DNA of 64,000 nt from Oceanispirochaeta sp. Its GTDB lineage: Bacteria > Spirochaetota > Spirochaetia > DSM-2461. How positions within the stretch are numbered: the stretch's first letter is position 1; each line of letters starts with the position of its first letter. The notes under the pieces were generated by a model. That model was not told where the DNA came from. It ran no database searches and saw only the letters and a list, made by a program, of their open reading frames with translations. A program made the position numbers and the translations under genes. Location: the NCBI GenBank assembly GCA_963663385.2, contig CAXXXD010000002.1:1760001-1824000 (forward strand), given 5' to 3'. This document shows, piece by piece, positions 19,664 to 30,559 of this stretch.

Positions 19664-20704
19664 ATGGAAAAACTGAATGATGTTAATATCTCTTCCATTT
19701 TACCTCTGGTTGCGCCTTTTGCACTGAAGGAGAAATTTCCGATTACGGATGAATTGAAGCACTCTATTATTCAGCATCGTAAAGAGATCCGGAATATTCT
19801 GGAAAAAAAAGATCCTAGAATGCTGGCAGTTGTCGGTCCCTGTTCGATTCATGATCCGAAAGCCGCAATGGATTATGCCCGGGAACTGCAGAAGCTGCGG
19901 AAGAAATATGAAGATAAACTATTTATAATTATGCGGGTCTACTTTGAGAAACCCCGTACGGCTCTTGGCTGGAGAGGTCTTATTCTGGATCCCGATCTGG
20001 ATGGCACCTACAAACTGGAAAAAGGACTGAGTCTGGCAAGGGAACTCCTCCTTTCCATAAACAAGCTTGGCCTTCCCGCCGGAACGGAAATTCTTGATCC
20101 CATTGTTCCCCAGTATATTTCCGATCTTATCTCCTGGGCCGCCATAGGGGCCCGTACGACCGAATCTCAAACACATAGAGAGTTGACCAGCGGCCTTTCC
20201 ATGCCTGTCGGTTTTAAAAACGGTACGGACGGGAGCCTGGATGTTGCGGTCAACGGAATTCAGTCTGCCCGTCATCCCCATAGTTTTATAGGGATAGATA
20301 AACAGGGGCAGACCTGTGTGCTCAATACCAGGGGGAATGCTACCGGACATCCTATCCTGAGGGGAGGGAAGCACGGTCCAAACTACTATGAAGAGAACAT
20401 TGAAGAAGCGGAAGAAGCCCTTATAAAGGAGGGGTTGAATCCTGTTGTCGTTATTGACTGCAGTCATGCCAATTCCGGCAAAAAGTATTTTAAACAGGAA
20501 CGGGTGCTCAACTCCATCCTGGATCAGAGAAGCCGCGGACGCGATTCCATAGTCGGGTTTATGCTGGAAAGCAATCTGCATGAAGGGAATCAGAAAATAA
20601 AAGAGAAGCTTTCCGATCTCTCTTACGGTATATCCATTACTGATGCCTGTATTTCCATGGAGACAACTGCTGTTCTTCTGGAGAGAGCTTATAACTCCCT
20701 TTGA
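19664..20704 (+). CDS. DAHP synthase, class I alpha (AroF/G/H type)
   Basis: GPCSIHD, MRVYFEKPRT, IGARTTESQTHR, DCSHANS, SITDAC. Confidence 0.95.
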   Translation: MEKLNDVNISSILPLVAPFALKEKFPITDELKHSIIQHRKEIRNILEKKDPRMLAVVGPCSIHDPKAAMDYARELQKLRKKYEDKLFIIMRVYFEKPRTALGWRGLILDPDLDGTYKLEKGLSLARELLLSINKLGLPAGTEILDPIVPQYISDLISWAAIGARTTESQTHRELTSGLSMPVGFKNGTDGSLDVAVNGIQSARHPHSFIGIDKQGQTCVLNTRGNATGHPILRGGKHGPNYYEENIEEAEEALIKEGLNPVVVIDCSHANSGKKYFKQERVLNSILDQRSRGRDSIVGFMLESNLHEGNQKIKEKLSDLSYGISITDACISMETTAVLLERAYNSL

Positions 20705-20879
20705 TCATTCGGTGAAGATCCCATGAATTTAAATTGTTCTAATAAGGGAAATTCATGGGTAATTCAAAATTATTCTTTTTTTTAACAGGAAATATTTGAA
20801 ATTCCATTATTCCGTGCTTGATGATTGAGGGGAAAAAATTTTATCCTTTTCAGCGCAACAATTCAAGGAATAGGAGTTT

Positions 20880-22349
20880 ATGAATACAACGGAAAATTCC
20901 AGCAGTACAACTTCCGTAGTCGAAAGGGTTTGCCGGACAGCTTTTCATCTTCTGGGGAAGACCCACAGTTTTCATATCAGGAAAACAGATGAAAAACTGT
21001 TAAACGGCGGGACCTGTTCTTATACGCTTTCTCTTTCCGATCTACCCGATCAGAGTATCCTGATCGAAGAGCAAATCATTCCCGAGGGGAGCGAGCATTA
21101 TACTCATCGCCACTGGATTTTTATTCAGGAACATGAGCGGTGGAAGCTTCATAAAGCGGATAAAAACAGTATGGCCCTGGGGACGGATATTATGGATCTG
21201 GAGCTTCTGGATCTTCTGGACCGCCTGGAAGGTGTTCTGCATAATAGTTCTTCCCCCTATGAAATGCCAGTGCCATCTCATAGGGTCAACCGTAACGGTT
21301 TTCAGGATATCCTTCATAGAAAATCTTCAAGGGTTTTTACCCTTGCAGCTGCCGGACTGATAATGGCAGGGCTTTTTCTTACCGTATTTATCAGTACCAT
21401 GCAGTATGGAAGAATGCTGAAAACGGTTTATACTCTCAATCAGTCAATACAGGCTTCTACCGAAATCAGCAGCAGCTCTATTAATAATCTGACCGAAGAA
21501 CTGGCAAGCATCAGCATTGAACTGGATGATTTAAAATCCGAAGTCTTTCACGAAAGAGAAGCTTTTCTATTCAACCGGAAACAGACCGCCATGAACCTTA
21601 GATGGCTGTCTTCACAGTTCCCCCGGTCAAGCAGATCCCGATCCAGAGCGTATCTATACCTGGCAGATAAGGTAGATGCTGCCGAAACATACGGAGAAAT
21701 GGTTTATCAGATGTCCCGTTTGCCCGAAAATAACGATCAGGCGGAAACACTTATGGCAACGGACAAAGACAACTATCTTTCCATGAACCGCTTCAATCCT
21801 GTTTTTTCAGGGATGATTCTGCCTGTTGATACGGGGGTAGTGGAAAACGGAGAAAGCAGCTTTATGATGTCCAGCGGTTATACTGACAGACGCATCTCGC
21901 CTCTCGGTTCCGGCGGAGTCAGGCCCCATCGTGCGGTGGATATTATTAATCTGGACAATATTGTCCGCATCTCCAAGGATAATCACATTATCAGGGATGA
22001 AACGCAGCCCGGGCATGTTATTTCCGCCTATCCGGGAACCATGCTGGATGAAGGATTCGATTATGTGTACGGCTGGCATGCAGAAGTTAGGCATGAGTTG
22101 ACGGAGGAAATCCTGAAGGCTTATCCCGGTGCTGAGTCCTGGTCCACCTACTACGCCCATCTGAAAGATCCGGCCTTGCCGGAGTTGGGCTCCAGTCTGA
22201 ATGCCGGCGCTATTTTGGGTGAGATCGGGAATTCCGGTCGATCTACAGGTCCCCATCTGCATTTCGAAGTACGGATCTATCACTCCGGCGGACTCGAAAC
22301 AAGCCCATTCGGTAATTTTGACAAGATAAATCCCTTCAAGGAATCTTAG
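20880..22349 (+). CDS. Membrane-anchored M23-family metallopeptidase
   Basis: Central TM and coiled coil; HRAVD, YAHL, GNSGRSTGPHLHFEV. Confidence 0.85.
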   Translation: MNTTENSSSTTSVVERVCRTAFHLLGKTHSFHIRKTDEKLLNGGTCSYTLSLSDLPDQSILIEEQIIPEGSEHYTHRHWIFIQEHERWKLHKADKNSMALGTDIMDLELLDLLDRLEGVLHNSSSPYEMPVPSHRVNRNGFQDILHRKSSRVFTLAAAGLIMAGLFLTVFISTMQYGRMLKTVYTLNQSIQASTEISSSSINNLTEELASISIELDDLKSEVFHEREAFLFNRKQTAMNLRWLSSQFPRSSRSRSRAYLYLADKVDAAETYGEMVYQMSRLPENNDQAETLMATDKDNYLSMNRFNPVFSGMILPVDTGVVENGESSFMMSSGYTDRRISPLGSGGVRPHRAVDIINLDNIVRISKDNHIIRDETQPGHVISAYPGTMLDEGFDYVYGWHAEVRHELTEEILKAYPGAESWSTYYAHLKDPALPELGSSLNAGAILGEIGNSGRSTGPHLHFEVRIYHSGGLETSPFGNFDKINPFKES

Positions 22350-22442
22350 GTCCCTTACCTTAATTCCCCTCTCTTGGAGAGGTTAGGGGAGACTTTATTA
22401 ATTGTCTTTCCGGATCCTCAAGCGCAGCCGAGAGGGGGAGGC
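22350..22442. repeat. BoxC/REP-like intergenic element between convergent genes
   Basis: TTCCCCTCTCTTGGAGAGGTTAGGGGAG (22364-22391), similar to 33569-33597. Confidence 0.5.
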
Positions 22443-22934
22443 TTACGGTATCAATTCTTTCATTTTTTCAAAGATAAGATAAACAGCCGGACAGATCAGA
22501 GTATTCTCCAGCATCTGCGGGGTATATTTCCTGAAGGACATATTATCCGTATGGGGGTAATCCCGACAGGCGCCCGGTCTGTTTTCATATACAATGCAGT
22601 AGTTGTCCGCTCCCAGAAAAGGGCAGGGCATTGACTGAAAGACGTAATCTTCATCCTCATCAATCTTAAGGTACTTATCGGTAAAATCTCCCGGTTTTAT
22701 TCTCAGGGCTTTTGCCAGCCGGGAAATATCCCTTTCCCTCAGGAGCGGTCCGGTGCCGCTGCAGCAGTTGGCACAGCCAAGGCAGTCAATTTCCAGAAAA
22801 ACATCATCATGAAGCTGGGCGATAAGGGGATCAATCAGGCCCGGCTTCATTTTTTTCAGTTTCTGAAAGTATTTTTTATTTTCCTTATACCCGGTTTTGG
22901 CCTGGGCAAGGAGTTTCTGATATTCACTGTCCAT
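22443..22934 (-). CDS. YkgJ-family cysteine cluster protein
   Basis: CxxCxxCC, PCPFL, CxVYENRPxxCRxYP. Confidence 0.9.
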   Translation of the reverse strand: MDSEYQKLLAQAKTGYKENKKYFQKLKKMKPGLIDPLIAQLHDDVFLEIDCLGCANCCSGTGPLLRERDISRLAKALRIKPGDFTDKYLKIDEDEDYVFQSMPCPFLGADNYCIVYENRPGACRDYPHTDNMSFRKYTPQMLENTLICPAVYLIFEKMKELIP

Positions 22935-22940
22935 GAGGTC

Positions 22941-23324
22941 TTACTTTTTATATACCTGATCGGGATCAAAAAGGGGTTCGCCCTGAACCTTTAACTCGCC
23001 ATTATCCCAAACCCGGTAATAACAGCTCCTGTGGCCGGTGTGGCAGGCAGCTCCGCCGATCTGCTCCACCTTGTAGATAACAGAGTCATTGTCGCAGTCT
23101 ACCCGGATTTCTTTCAGGATCTGGATATTCCCCGAGGACTCTCCCTTACGCCAGAGTTTCTGCCGGCTCCGCGAAAAATAGACACCTTTCCCGCTGGCAA
23201 CGGACTCATCCCAGGCTTCTCTGTTGATATAAGCCTGCATCAGTATCTCACCGCTCTCATAATCCTGTACGATTACAGGAACAAGGCCTCCGCTTTTCTC
23301 AAAATCCAGGGGGCATTCACTCAT
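22941..23324 (-). CDS. hisI: Phosphoribosyl-AMP cyclohydrolase
   Basis: [32 protein letters not shown]. Confidence 0.95.
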   Translation of the reverse strand: MSECPLDFEKSGGLVPVIVQDYESGEILMQAYINREAWDESVASGKGVYFSRSRQKLWRKGESSGNIQILKEIRVDCDNDSVIYKVEQIGGAACHTGHRSCYYRVWDNGELKVQGEPLFDPDQVYKK

Positions 23325-23349
23325 TTTTCTATCCTTTCTTAATAGTATA

Positions 23350-24891
23350 TTAACTGTTTTCCCGGGGAATCCATTTCCCTTCTTGCAGATATAAACCGTA
23401 TTCATGTGTCAGAAGATACTCCATACCCTTATGAAGAGAGATTCCCGTCTCTTTCAGGCTTCCGGAACCGGATGATCCCGGAAAGGCCGGATCATCAAGC
23501 TTTAAACCGGATGTCAGCAGGTTTTCCATAAGTATTTTGGCTGCCAGAAACCGTTTAAATTTATCAATGCCGAATATCAGGGGATTTTCGATCAGACCGA
23601 TCACTTCCCAGGTTACCTGTTCCGCCTGGGAGTAGAGGCCGGCATCCTTATTCTGGTCACTGAACCGGAGCGGCAGGTTTGCTATGATCCTGTCAATATT
23701 ATCCAGCAGCCAGGTCAGATCGAAGAGTCCCGTTGCACAGTTGAACAGAATCTTTTCTCCTTTTTTTTCAAGAGCTGCTGCATCATCAGTAGATATTCCG
23801 ACTCCCAGATCGACGCAGTTTAGCCGGTCGTCTTTATCCTTTATCAGGATACCCCCTTTTACATCCACAGGTGTTTTAAAAGAAAAATCAAAACCTGCGG
23901 GATTACCCCTGAGGGCCAGCAGGGCAAGGGACAGGGGATCGGGAGTATATCCCAGGTTGTCAATATTTCCCAGGCTGATAAAACGGATACCCCGGGAATG
24001 AAGGATCTGGAAGGCTTCTTTCAGAACCCGGAAACTCTGGCCGTGTCCTCCGGGAAGCGGCAGAACTCCGGAAGGATCTTCCGATGACGGATGGAATATA
24101 CCTTTCTCTGTTCCCTCCCGGCTGTGGGTGTAGGCAGTAATCATGGGCTGGATCCCTGTCAATCCCTTCCATACGGGATAATCCAGTTCCGCTGCCAGTG
24201 ATTTGAGCCAGGGACTGCTGCTGTACTCCTTCAAGGCATTCTGAACCGTTTCGTCATTGGAAACGCTTGTCATCTGAAAGAAGGGAATCCTGGCAGAACA
24301 GGCCCGGGATTTTAAAAGGACGGCCCGGAGTTTCAACTCCATATAGGAAGGACCAGCCGAACCATCCGGCTGGACAAAGGCAGGTGTGGTCCCTTTTGGC
24401 TGCCCCTTGGCCAGATGCGCCATCTCTTCAAAAGCCTTTTTATACAGTTCAAACAGTTCCGGATTAAACCCTCTGTTTTTCTTTATATCCGCATAGGATG
24501 TGGCGGAACCGCCATTTAAAAAACCATAGGAGTAAAGGGGAAAAAGCCTGTTTCCAATATTTTTCAGTTCATCAACAGTCAGGGATAACACCTTTTCAGG
24601 TGAGGTGAGTTTTTCAAAATCCTCTATGATATCCGGGAAACGTTCAGAAAACTTCAATATTTCGGAGCGGCTGAAACGAAAGATTTCAGGAGTTCTCAAA
24701 TCCAGAATCCTTTTCCCGTCAATAGAGGGGACTCCAACAGGAACAACCGGAGGAGTACGGCCGATTTTGCCGGCATTGTAATCATTCAGTATGGACAGGG
24801 ACAAGTCTACATCAATACCGGTTTTACCCATTAATGCCAGCTCGCGGGGTGAAAGGTTTTCTTTTGTAATCAATTCAGACTCCCGGGTCAA
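23350..24891 (-). CDS. UTP--glucose-1-phosphate uridylyltransferase, UDPGP (eukaryote-like) family
   Basis: [34 protein letters not shown] motifs. Confidence 0.75.
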   Translation of the reverse strand: MTRESELITKENLSPRELALMGKTGIDVDLSLSILNDYNAGKIGRTPPVVPVGVPSIDGKRILDLRTPEIFRFSRSEILKFSERFPDIIEDFEKLTSPEKVLSLTVDELKNIGNRLFPLYSYGFLNGGSATSYADIKKNRGFNPELFELYKKAFEEMAHLAKGQPKGTTPAFVQPDGSAGPSYMELKLRAVLLKSRACSARIPFFQMTSVSNDETVQNALKEYSSSPWLKSLAAELDYPVWKGLTGIQPMITAYTHSREGTEKGIFHPSSEDPSGVLPLPGGHGQSFRVLKEAFQILHSRGIRFISLGNIDNLGYTPDPLSLALLALRGNPAGFDFSFKTPVDVKGGILIKDKDDRLNCVDLGVGISTDDAAALEKKGEKILFNCATGLFDLTWLLDNIDRIIANLPLRFSDQNKDAGLYSQAEQVTWEVIGLIENPLIFGIDKFKRFLAAKILMENLLTSGLKLDDPAFPGSSGSGSLKETGISLHKGMEYLLTHEYGLYLQEGKWIPRENS

Positions 24892-24907
24892 TTATACCCT
24901 GAGTGTA

Positions 24908-25249
24908 TCATGCCTCTTCGAAATGGGCCAACAGTTTCCTCCGCTGCTCTTTCAAATGATTGCCCAGAGTTTTATTCCAGATTCCCGGACCGGAATACTT
25001 CGGACTGGGAGGGAGGCTGTTGAGTATCTCCCCGGGATTATCAACACAGTGAGGAGAGAGCAGTTTGTATAGAGCCCGGTCTTCGCTTTTTGCAATCAGC
25101 TGATAGGCCTGGCGGATTGTATCATTTTTCCGGTGCCCCCTGGAAAGGTTCTTCCAGGCCGTTTCAATCTCCCTGTCATCCGCATCGATACTGACGCCGA
25201 GGAGATCCCAGGGGTTTATGGTAAGGTTTATTATATCTAAGGTATTCAA
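24908..25249 (-). CDS. Small J-domain-like protein lacking HPD
   Basis: NPWDLLGVSIDADDREIETAWKNL...IRQAYQLI...R..Y pattern. Confidence 0.65.
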   Translation of the reverse strand: MNTLDIINLTINPWDLLGVSIDADDREIETAWKNLSRGHRKNDTIRQAYQLIAKSEDRALYKLLSPHCVDNPGEILNSLPPSPKYSGPGIWNKTLGNHLKEQRRKLLAHFEEA

Positions 25250-25260
25250 AACATCTCCTG

Positions 25261-26355
25261 TCAGAAAGCGAACAATTCCAGCTGTACGGGAGCGGAACTG
25301 TTCTGGGTTATCTTTTTATGGGATGAGGCCGGAGTTTTCTCTTTTTCACCCGCCAGGCTTTGAAGAAGTTTCATTACGTTCTCCGGTTCCGGCTGCTCTT
25401 TATTGTCAACATTTACTACCATATCCGGATAAAGATGATTGAGCCCGGCAATAAGAGAAACCGAGTGGGTTGTAATGAGGCTCAGGTATTCGTCGGTCAG
25501 TTCAAATTCCAGTGCTACCGTTTCAGAGACATCCTTGATAATGCGGAGGTAGGCTTTTACTTCCGCCCTGGATGTGCTGTTGCCCTCCAGATAGGCCTGA
25601 AGGGTTAGGAGCCAGTAGACCAGGCTTTTATCCTGATCATAGGATAAAGTTGCAAGAGCCGTTAACCGCAGCCCCTCTGAGTTGCCGAAGAGAAGACGGG
25701 CTTTATCTGCCGCTTTATCAGGGAGAATCTCTTCTTCCTGAATCTGATGGAAGCACCAGATGAGGATCTTTTGAGCTGTTTCCGGGTGCTCCCGCAAGAT
25801 ATCCTTGATAATCATTCCGGCTGTTTCAAGGAGTATATCCTCCATTCCGGCCTGGGCGGCCTCTGTCAGCTGTTCCATTGAGCTGGCCAGTTCCCTGTTA
25901 TCATCAAGAACAGATTCCGCCAGCTCCTTCCACGATTCGGGCATAGCCGTTTTATTTATAACGGCTTTGAAAAAACCTATGTAGGCGTAGGGAGCAGACC
26001 AGTCGGGGATTGCTTCCATCAGGGGAAGAACCTCACTGAAATTCCCCGAATAAAATGTATCTATTCCCTTAATCAGGGGAACCCAGGGCATAAACAGGGA
26101 ATCCTCGCCGATTGTATTCAACTCACCCGAAAGCTCCGCGGAAAACATACCGTTTGTAACCGCTTCAAAGGCATCTGAAATAATCCATGCATCCCTTTTT
26201 AACGGGTGTTCGTGGGGGATAAAATCACATTTCGTTACAAATTGGGGATGGGGAATCTCCATTTCCAGTTCCCGTTTCAATTTGAGCCGCAGTTCTGAAT
26301 CTTCAGACTGTATGTAGTTTTTCAGTTTGTTCTGTAATTGACTGGTAAATGACAA
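25261..26355 (-). CDS. Hypothetical alpha-helical protein
   Basis: Long ORF in operon-like arrangement; start placed at TTG 26355 to avoid overlap with the HD-GYP gene; C-terminus QLELFAF. Confidence 0.65.
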   Translation of the reverse strand: MSFTSQLQNKLKNYIQSEDSELRLKLKRELEMEIPHPQFVTKCDFIPHEHPLKRDAWIISDAFEAVTNGMFSAELSGELNTIGEDSLFMPWVPLIKGIDTFYSGNFSEVLPLMEAIPDWSAPYAYIGFFKAVINKTAMPESWKELAESVLDDNRELASSMEQLTEAAQAGMEDILLETAGMIIKDILREHPETAQKILIWCFHQIQEEEILPDKAADKARLLFGNSEGLRLTALATLSYDQDKSLVYWLLTLQAYLEGNSTSRAEVKAYLRIIKDVSETVALEFELTDEYLSLITTHSVSLIAGLNHLYPDMVVNVDNKEQPEPENVMKLLQSLAGEKEKTPASSHKKITQNSSAPVQLELFAF

Positions 26356-26413
26356 ATTTCTACTCTCTGATGAATTTCTCCGGGAAAAAAATAATACTGC
26401 ATTAGATGTTCTG

Positions 26414-27589
26414 TCAAGAATCCGCAGTCTGTATTTTACCCCGTATTTCAAGAATTTCCCGGTTATTAAGGACCGTTGTAATTTTGAGCCCCTCTTCCTC
26501 CCGGGATTGAATGACCGGCTGTTCCTGCAGCTGGTTGTGATTGGCATCCAGAAGCAGTTTCACCGTAGGATAGCGAAAATCCTCAGAATTTGTATCTACT
26601 ACTACTCCTGTGTAGTTGTTTTCCAGAACCACATAACTCCCGAGAGGGTAGATAGAGAGAAGACTAAGGAGAGCCTTCATTACTTCCTCATCATAATGAG
26701 AGCGCATTTCCTTCAGCATTCCGGTTAAACTGGTATGGGCGTCACGGCTGTTTCTGAAGGGACGGTGGGATATCTGGGCATCGTAGGAACAGGCTACCGC
26801 AATGATTTTTCCGAAACGGGATATTTTAGAAGCATCCAATCCCTGGGGATAGCCGGAACCATCAGTCCTTTCGTGATGTTCCAGTACACCAAGCAGAACA
26901 TCACGGGGCAGTGAGAAGTCTCTGAGAGAACGGAACCCGAGTACCGTATGGGCATTTATCACTTTCTTTTCTGCAGCGGTCAGAGCCCCTTCCTTCTGGT
27001 ATATTTTACTGGGTATCTGCAGCATGCCGATTTCATGAAGCAGGGTGGCTATACCGAGTTCTATCAGTTTAAAGTTGGGCATCTTCATCTTCTCTCCGAT
27101 GGCAAGAGCCAGAACTAGAGAGCGTACAGAGTGAACAATATTATAATCGATGTTTTTCTCGAAATTCAATTCCTGAAAACGAAGGACATATTTTTCATCC
27201 TCCCGGATAATGGAAATGGCTTTTTTTACCTCTTCCGTAATAAAACTGACGTTGAGTATATTATCTTCCTTAAAACGGTTAAGGATTTTTTCTGTAAAGG
27301 GAACCAGTCCATCATAGAACGCCTGAGCCCGTGCCAGACCTTCTCGGTCTTTCACATTCTGATCAAGTGTCGCCCCCTTGGAGGTTGAGGCAGGGGACTT
27401 GGCCGGGGCTTCCCTGCCGACGGGAGAACCTTCTGTCGAAAGATCGTTAAATCCCCATGCTGCAAGATTTCTGATAAGTTCTGCCGAAACAGGTATGTCG
27501 GGTGTAAGCAGTATGTAGTTTTCGCCAAGAAAGACGGAAGATTCAAAATACATTCCCTCTTTCAGGCTCTTTGTCTCGATCCTGTTCAT
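26414..27589 (-). CDS. HD-GYP domain protein (degenerate HD)
   Basis: LLHEIG, HHERTDGSGYP, AVACSYDA; C-terminal IYPLGSYV. Confidence 0.88.
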   Translation of the reverse strand: MNRIETKSLKEGMYFESSVFLGENYILLTPDIPVSAELIRNLAAWGFNDLSTEGSPVGREAPAKSPASTSKGATLDQNVKDREGLARAQAFYDGLVPFTEKILNRFKEDNILNVSFITEEVKKAISIIREDEKYVLRFQELNFEKNIDYNIVHSVRSLVLALAIGEKMKMPNFKLIELGIATLLHEIGMLQIPSKIYQKEGALTAAEKKVINAHTVLGFRSLRDFSLPRDVLLGVLEHHERTDGSGYPQGLDASKISRFGKIIAVACSYDAQISHRPFRNSRDAHTSLTGMLKEMRSHYDEEVMKALLSLLSIYPLGSYVVLENNYTGVVVDTNSEDFRYPTVKLLLDANHNQLQEQPVIQSREEEGLKITTVLNNREILEIRGKIQTADS

Positions 27590-27663
27590 TATTCTCCTAC
27601 TTTCGCTTGGTTGACCCAGTAATGGATATAATCTACACTACTTCCATTATAGGAGCAACTACG

Positions 27664-28479
27664 ATGAAATTTAAAACCATTTTTTTCCTGTTTAATGGAA
27701 TAATACTGTTTTCTTTCCTATTTATCGCTCTTATGCCCCTGTTTGTTCTCGGAGGGGAATACACACTGATTTTCTGGGGAGAAAACTGGTTTCTCGCAGT
27801 TATCTTCCTTCTATTTATATCGGTTCTTGATACCTATTTCATTATCAACTGGAAGATGTTTTCTCTTTTGGAGAAGGAAGACTGGCCCGGTTTAACCGCT
27901 TACCTGGAGCAGCAGATCTACGACAAAAAAAGGATCACCCACAGAAATGTCCGTATGATGGTGAATACATCTCTTACTGTTTCGAATCTGGATAAGATAA
28001 GCCGTCTGGAGAAGGAGATAAGGGAAAAAAAATATGACTGGTTATCCCGTTACGGCACCATGCTTGGTATCCCCTACCTTCTGAGTCAGAATTATAAAGA
28101 AGGAAAGGATTTCTTTCAGGAGTGTCTGAATAAAGCCAAACCGGGGGATACTCCCTGGCTTCAATGGTGTTATGCCTTTATTCTTATCTCAAACCAGGAG
28201 CTGGAAGACGCGTTTCCCTACCTGAAAACCCTGGGAAGCAGTGTAAAGGACCCCGTACTGCAGATGCTCTCTCTCTATTTACAGGACTCTACAAAAGCAG
28301 GAAGTGAAAAAGCGGATGAAATGAATTCGCTGAAAGAGGATTTCCTGAAGCGATTCCCGGATAAAAAAAGTCTGGAACGAATACTGAATAAAACACGCAG
28401 CAATAATATTACAGTACTTCTTCTTTCCAGTATACTGGATGATAGTTTGAAATGGATGTATGGAGAAGCTGATGCGTAA
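27664..28479 (+). CDS. Hypothetical membrane protein
   Basis: Two N-terminal TM segments; AGGAG RBS; overlaps alaA start. Confidence 0.7.
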   Translation: MKFKTIFFLFNGIILFSFLFIALMPLFVLGGEYTLIFWGENWFLAVIFLLFISVLDTYFIINWKMFSLLEKEDWPGLTAYLEQQIYDKKRITHRNVRMMVNTSLTVSNLDKISRLEKEIREKKYDWLSRYGTMLGIPYLLSQNYKEGKDFFQECLNKAKPGDTPWLQWCYAFILISNQELEDAFPYLKTLGSSVKDPVLQMLSLYLQDSTKAGSEKADEMNSLKEDFLKRFPDKKSLERILNKTRSNNITVLLLSSILDDSLKWMYGEADA

Positions 28480-29686
28480 TATTAAAAAGTCCCATAAGCT
28501 GGATAATGTCTGTTACGATATCCGGGGACCCGTCTTGAAAGAGGCTGTCCGTCTGGAAGAAGAGGGTTATCGTATCCTGAAGCTGAATACGGGGAATCCC
28601 GCTGTATTCGGATTCGATGCTCCCGATGAAATACGTCATGATATTATCTGCAACCTTCTGGATGCTCAGGGATACAGTGATTCCAAGGGTGTTTTTTCCG
28701 CCAGAAAAGCTGTAATGCATGAGTGTCAGCGGCTGGGAATCAAAGGGGTGGATATTGAAGATATCTATCTGGGAAACGGTGTGAGCGAGCTGATTTCAAT
28801 AGCCATGCAGGGGCTTCTGGACAATGGAGATGAGATCCTGATCCCCATGCCCGATTATCCACTCTGGACGGCCGCTTCTGTTCTGGCAGGGGGGAGCGCG
28901 GTGCATTACAGGTGTGATGAAGAAGCCGGGTGGATCCCTGATCTGAAGGATATTGAAAGTAAGGTCAGTTCGAAAACAAAGGGTATTGTGGTTATCAACC
29001 CCAATAATCCTACAGGCAGCGTTTATCCCAAAGAGATTCTTGAAGGGATCCTTGCCATTGCCAGAAAACATAGCCTGATTGTTTTTTCCGACGAGATTTA
29101 TGACAAGATTCTCTATGATGACAGTGTTCACTACCCGATGGGATCTCTGGCGGATGATCTGCTTATTATAACATTCAACGGATTGTCCAAATCCTACAGG
29201 GCCGCCGGTTTCAGAGCCGGATGGATGATTTTGAGTGGCGACAAGAGGCATGCCAGAGACTATATCGAAGGTCTTGATATTCTGTCCAATATGCGTCTTT
29301 GCAGTAATGTGCCCGCACAGCTCGGTATCCAGACTGCTCTTGGTGGATATCAGAGCATAAAAGATCTGGTTAAACCGGGAGGCCGTCTGCTGGCACAGCG
29401 GGATTTCTTTTATGAAAAACTGATTTCCATTCCCGGAATCACCTGTGTCAAACCAAAAGGCGCTCTGTATATGTTTCCCAGACTGGATACAAAAAAGTTC
29501 AATATCAGAAATGATGAAAAGCTTATCTACGATATTCTGACGGAGACCAGGACCCTTCTTGTTCAGGGTACAGGTTTCAACTGGGATGCACCCGATCATT
29601 TCAGGATGGTTTTTCTGCCGGATCTGGAAGTTCTCGCTCTGGTAGCGGAACGTCTGGAGAAGTTTTTTGCTTTGTATAAGCAGTAG
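28472..29686 (+). CDS. alaA: Glutamate-pyruvate aminotransferase AlaA (PLP class I/II)
   Basis: YDIRGPV, LNTGNP, INPNNPTG, SDEIYD, FNGLSKSYRAAGFRAGW. Confidence 0.92.
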   Translation: MRNIKKSHKLDNVCYDIRGPVLKEAVRLEEEGYRILKLNTGNPAVFGFDAPDEIRHDIICNLLDAQGYSDSKGVFSARKAVMHECQRLGIKGVDIEDIYLGNGVSELISIAMQGLLDNGDEILIPMPDYPLWTAASVLAGGSAVHYRCDEEAGWIPDLKDIESKVSSKTKGIVVINPNNPTGSVYPKEILEGILAIARKHSLIVFSDEIYDKILYDDSVHYPMGSLADDLLIITFNGLSKSYRAAGFRAGWMILSGDKRHARDYIEGLDILSNMRLCSNVPAQLGIQTALGGYQSIKDLVKPGGRLLAQRDFFYEKLISIPGITCVKPKGALYMFPRLDTKKFNIRNDEKLIYDILTETRTLLVQGTGFNWDAPDHFRMVFLPDLEVLALVAERLEKFFALYKQ

Positions 29687-29821
29687 GAAACCCACCGGGG
29701 AAGGGTGATCTGTATTTATATAAAAAAATCAAATTATCTAAAAAATAAAGTGGAATCTCTTTGTTTCTTCTGCTAATATTTTACACATCACACATAAACC
29801 TTTTCTTTTAAGGAGAACTCA

Positions 29822-30424
29822 ATGAAAAAGACTATATTAATCCTCACAAGCCTGCTGCTGTTCAGCACCAGTGTATTTGCTGCAAGAATAACACCCTTTC
29901 AGGTAGATATTCCCGAAGCTCAGAAAGAAATCGAATCACTTTCCCAGAAAAACAGCGATATGGAAGCTGAAAATGCAACTATGCAGGCGGAAATTGACAA
30001 ACTGGAAACAGAAATCACGGATATGGAAGCTCTGAAAAGAGAAGTTGCTATTACCATGGGCAAGGTAAAAAAACATGCCGGAGAACTCTACAGCCTTTTC
30101 CAGAATGTAAATGACGCCGAACTGAAATCCAAACTGAACGGCCAGATCAGCGAAAACAGAAAACAGCGCTATGCCCTGGAGAAAAAATCCGATGAGCTGT
30201 CGGCGCAGATCAATGATCATCAGAGTGAGATAGAACTGAACCGCCGCTACATCAGCGCCAACAATGTTCAGATTGACAAGAACACCTACAGAATCGATGT
30301 TCTGGATGCCAGCATCAAGTTTACCGAAAGCGAAAGTGTATCTCTGGACTCTACCATTGAACAGTCCCAGACTCTTCAGTCTGAAGTTGACAGCCTGATC
30401 AGCCAGAATCCTGTTTCTGAATAA
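29822..30424 (+). CDS. Secreted coiled-coil protein
   Basis: Signal peptide ending VFA; heptad-rich body; strong RBS; own terminator. Confidence 0.8.
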   Translation: MKKTILILTSLLLFSTSVFAARITPFQVDIPEAQKEIESLSQKNSDMEAENATMQAEIDKLETEITDMEALKREVAITMGKVKKHAGELYSLFQNVNDAELKSKLNGQISENRKQRYALEKKSDELSAQINDHQSEIELNRRYISANNVQIDKNTYRIDVLDASIKFTESESVSLDSTIEQSQTLQSEVDSLISQNPVSE

Positions 30425-30447
30425 TCTTTTGAATCAGATCTGATTTG

Positions 30448-30479
30448 AACCCGTCCGAACCGGACGGGTTTTCTGTTTT
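30448..30479 (+). terminator. Rho-independent terminator
   Basis: AACCCGTCCG-aac-CGGACGGGTT followed by TTCTGTTTT. Confidence 0.8.
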
Positions 30480-30559
30480 ATAAACAGGCCCTCTGGTCAT
30501 TTCGAAGGGAAATGAATATAATCACTTATTAAATTCTGTCAAATCTGAAAGGATATATC

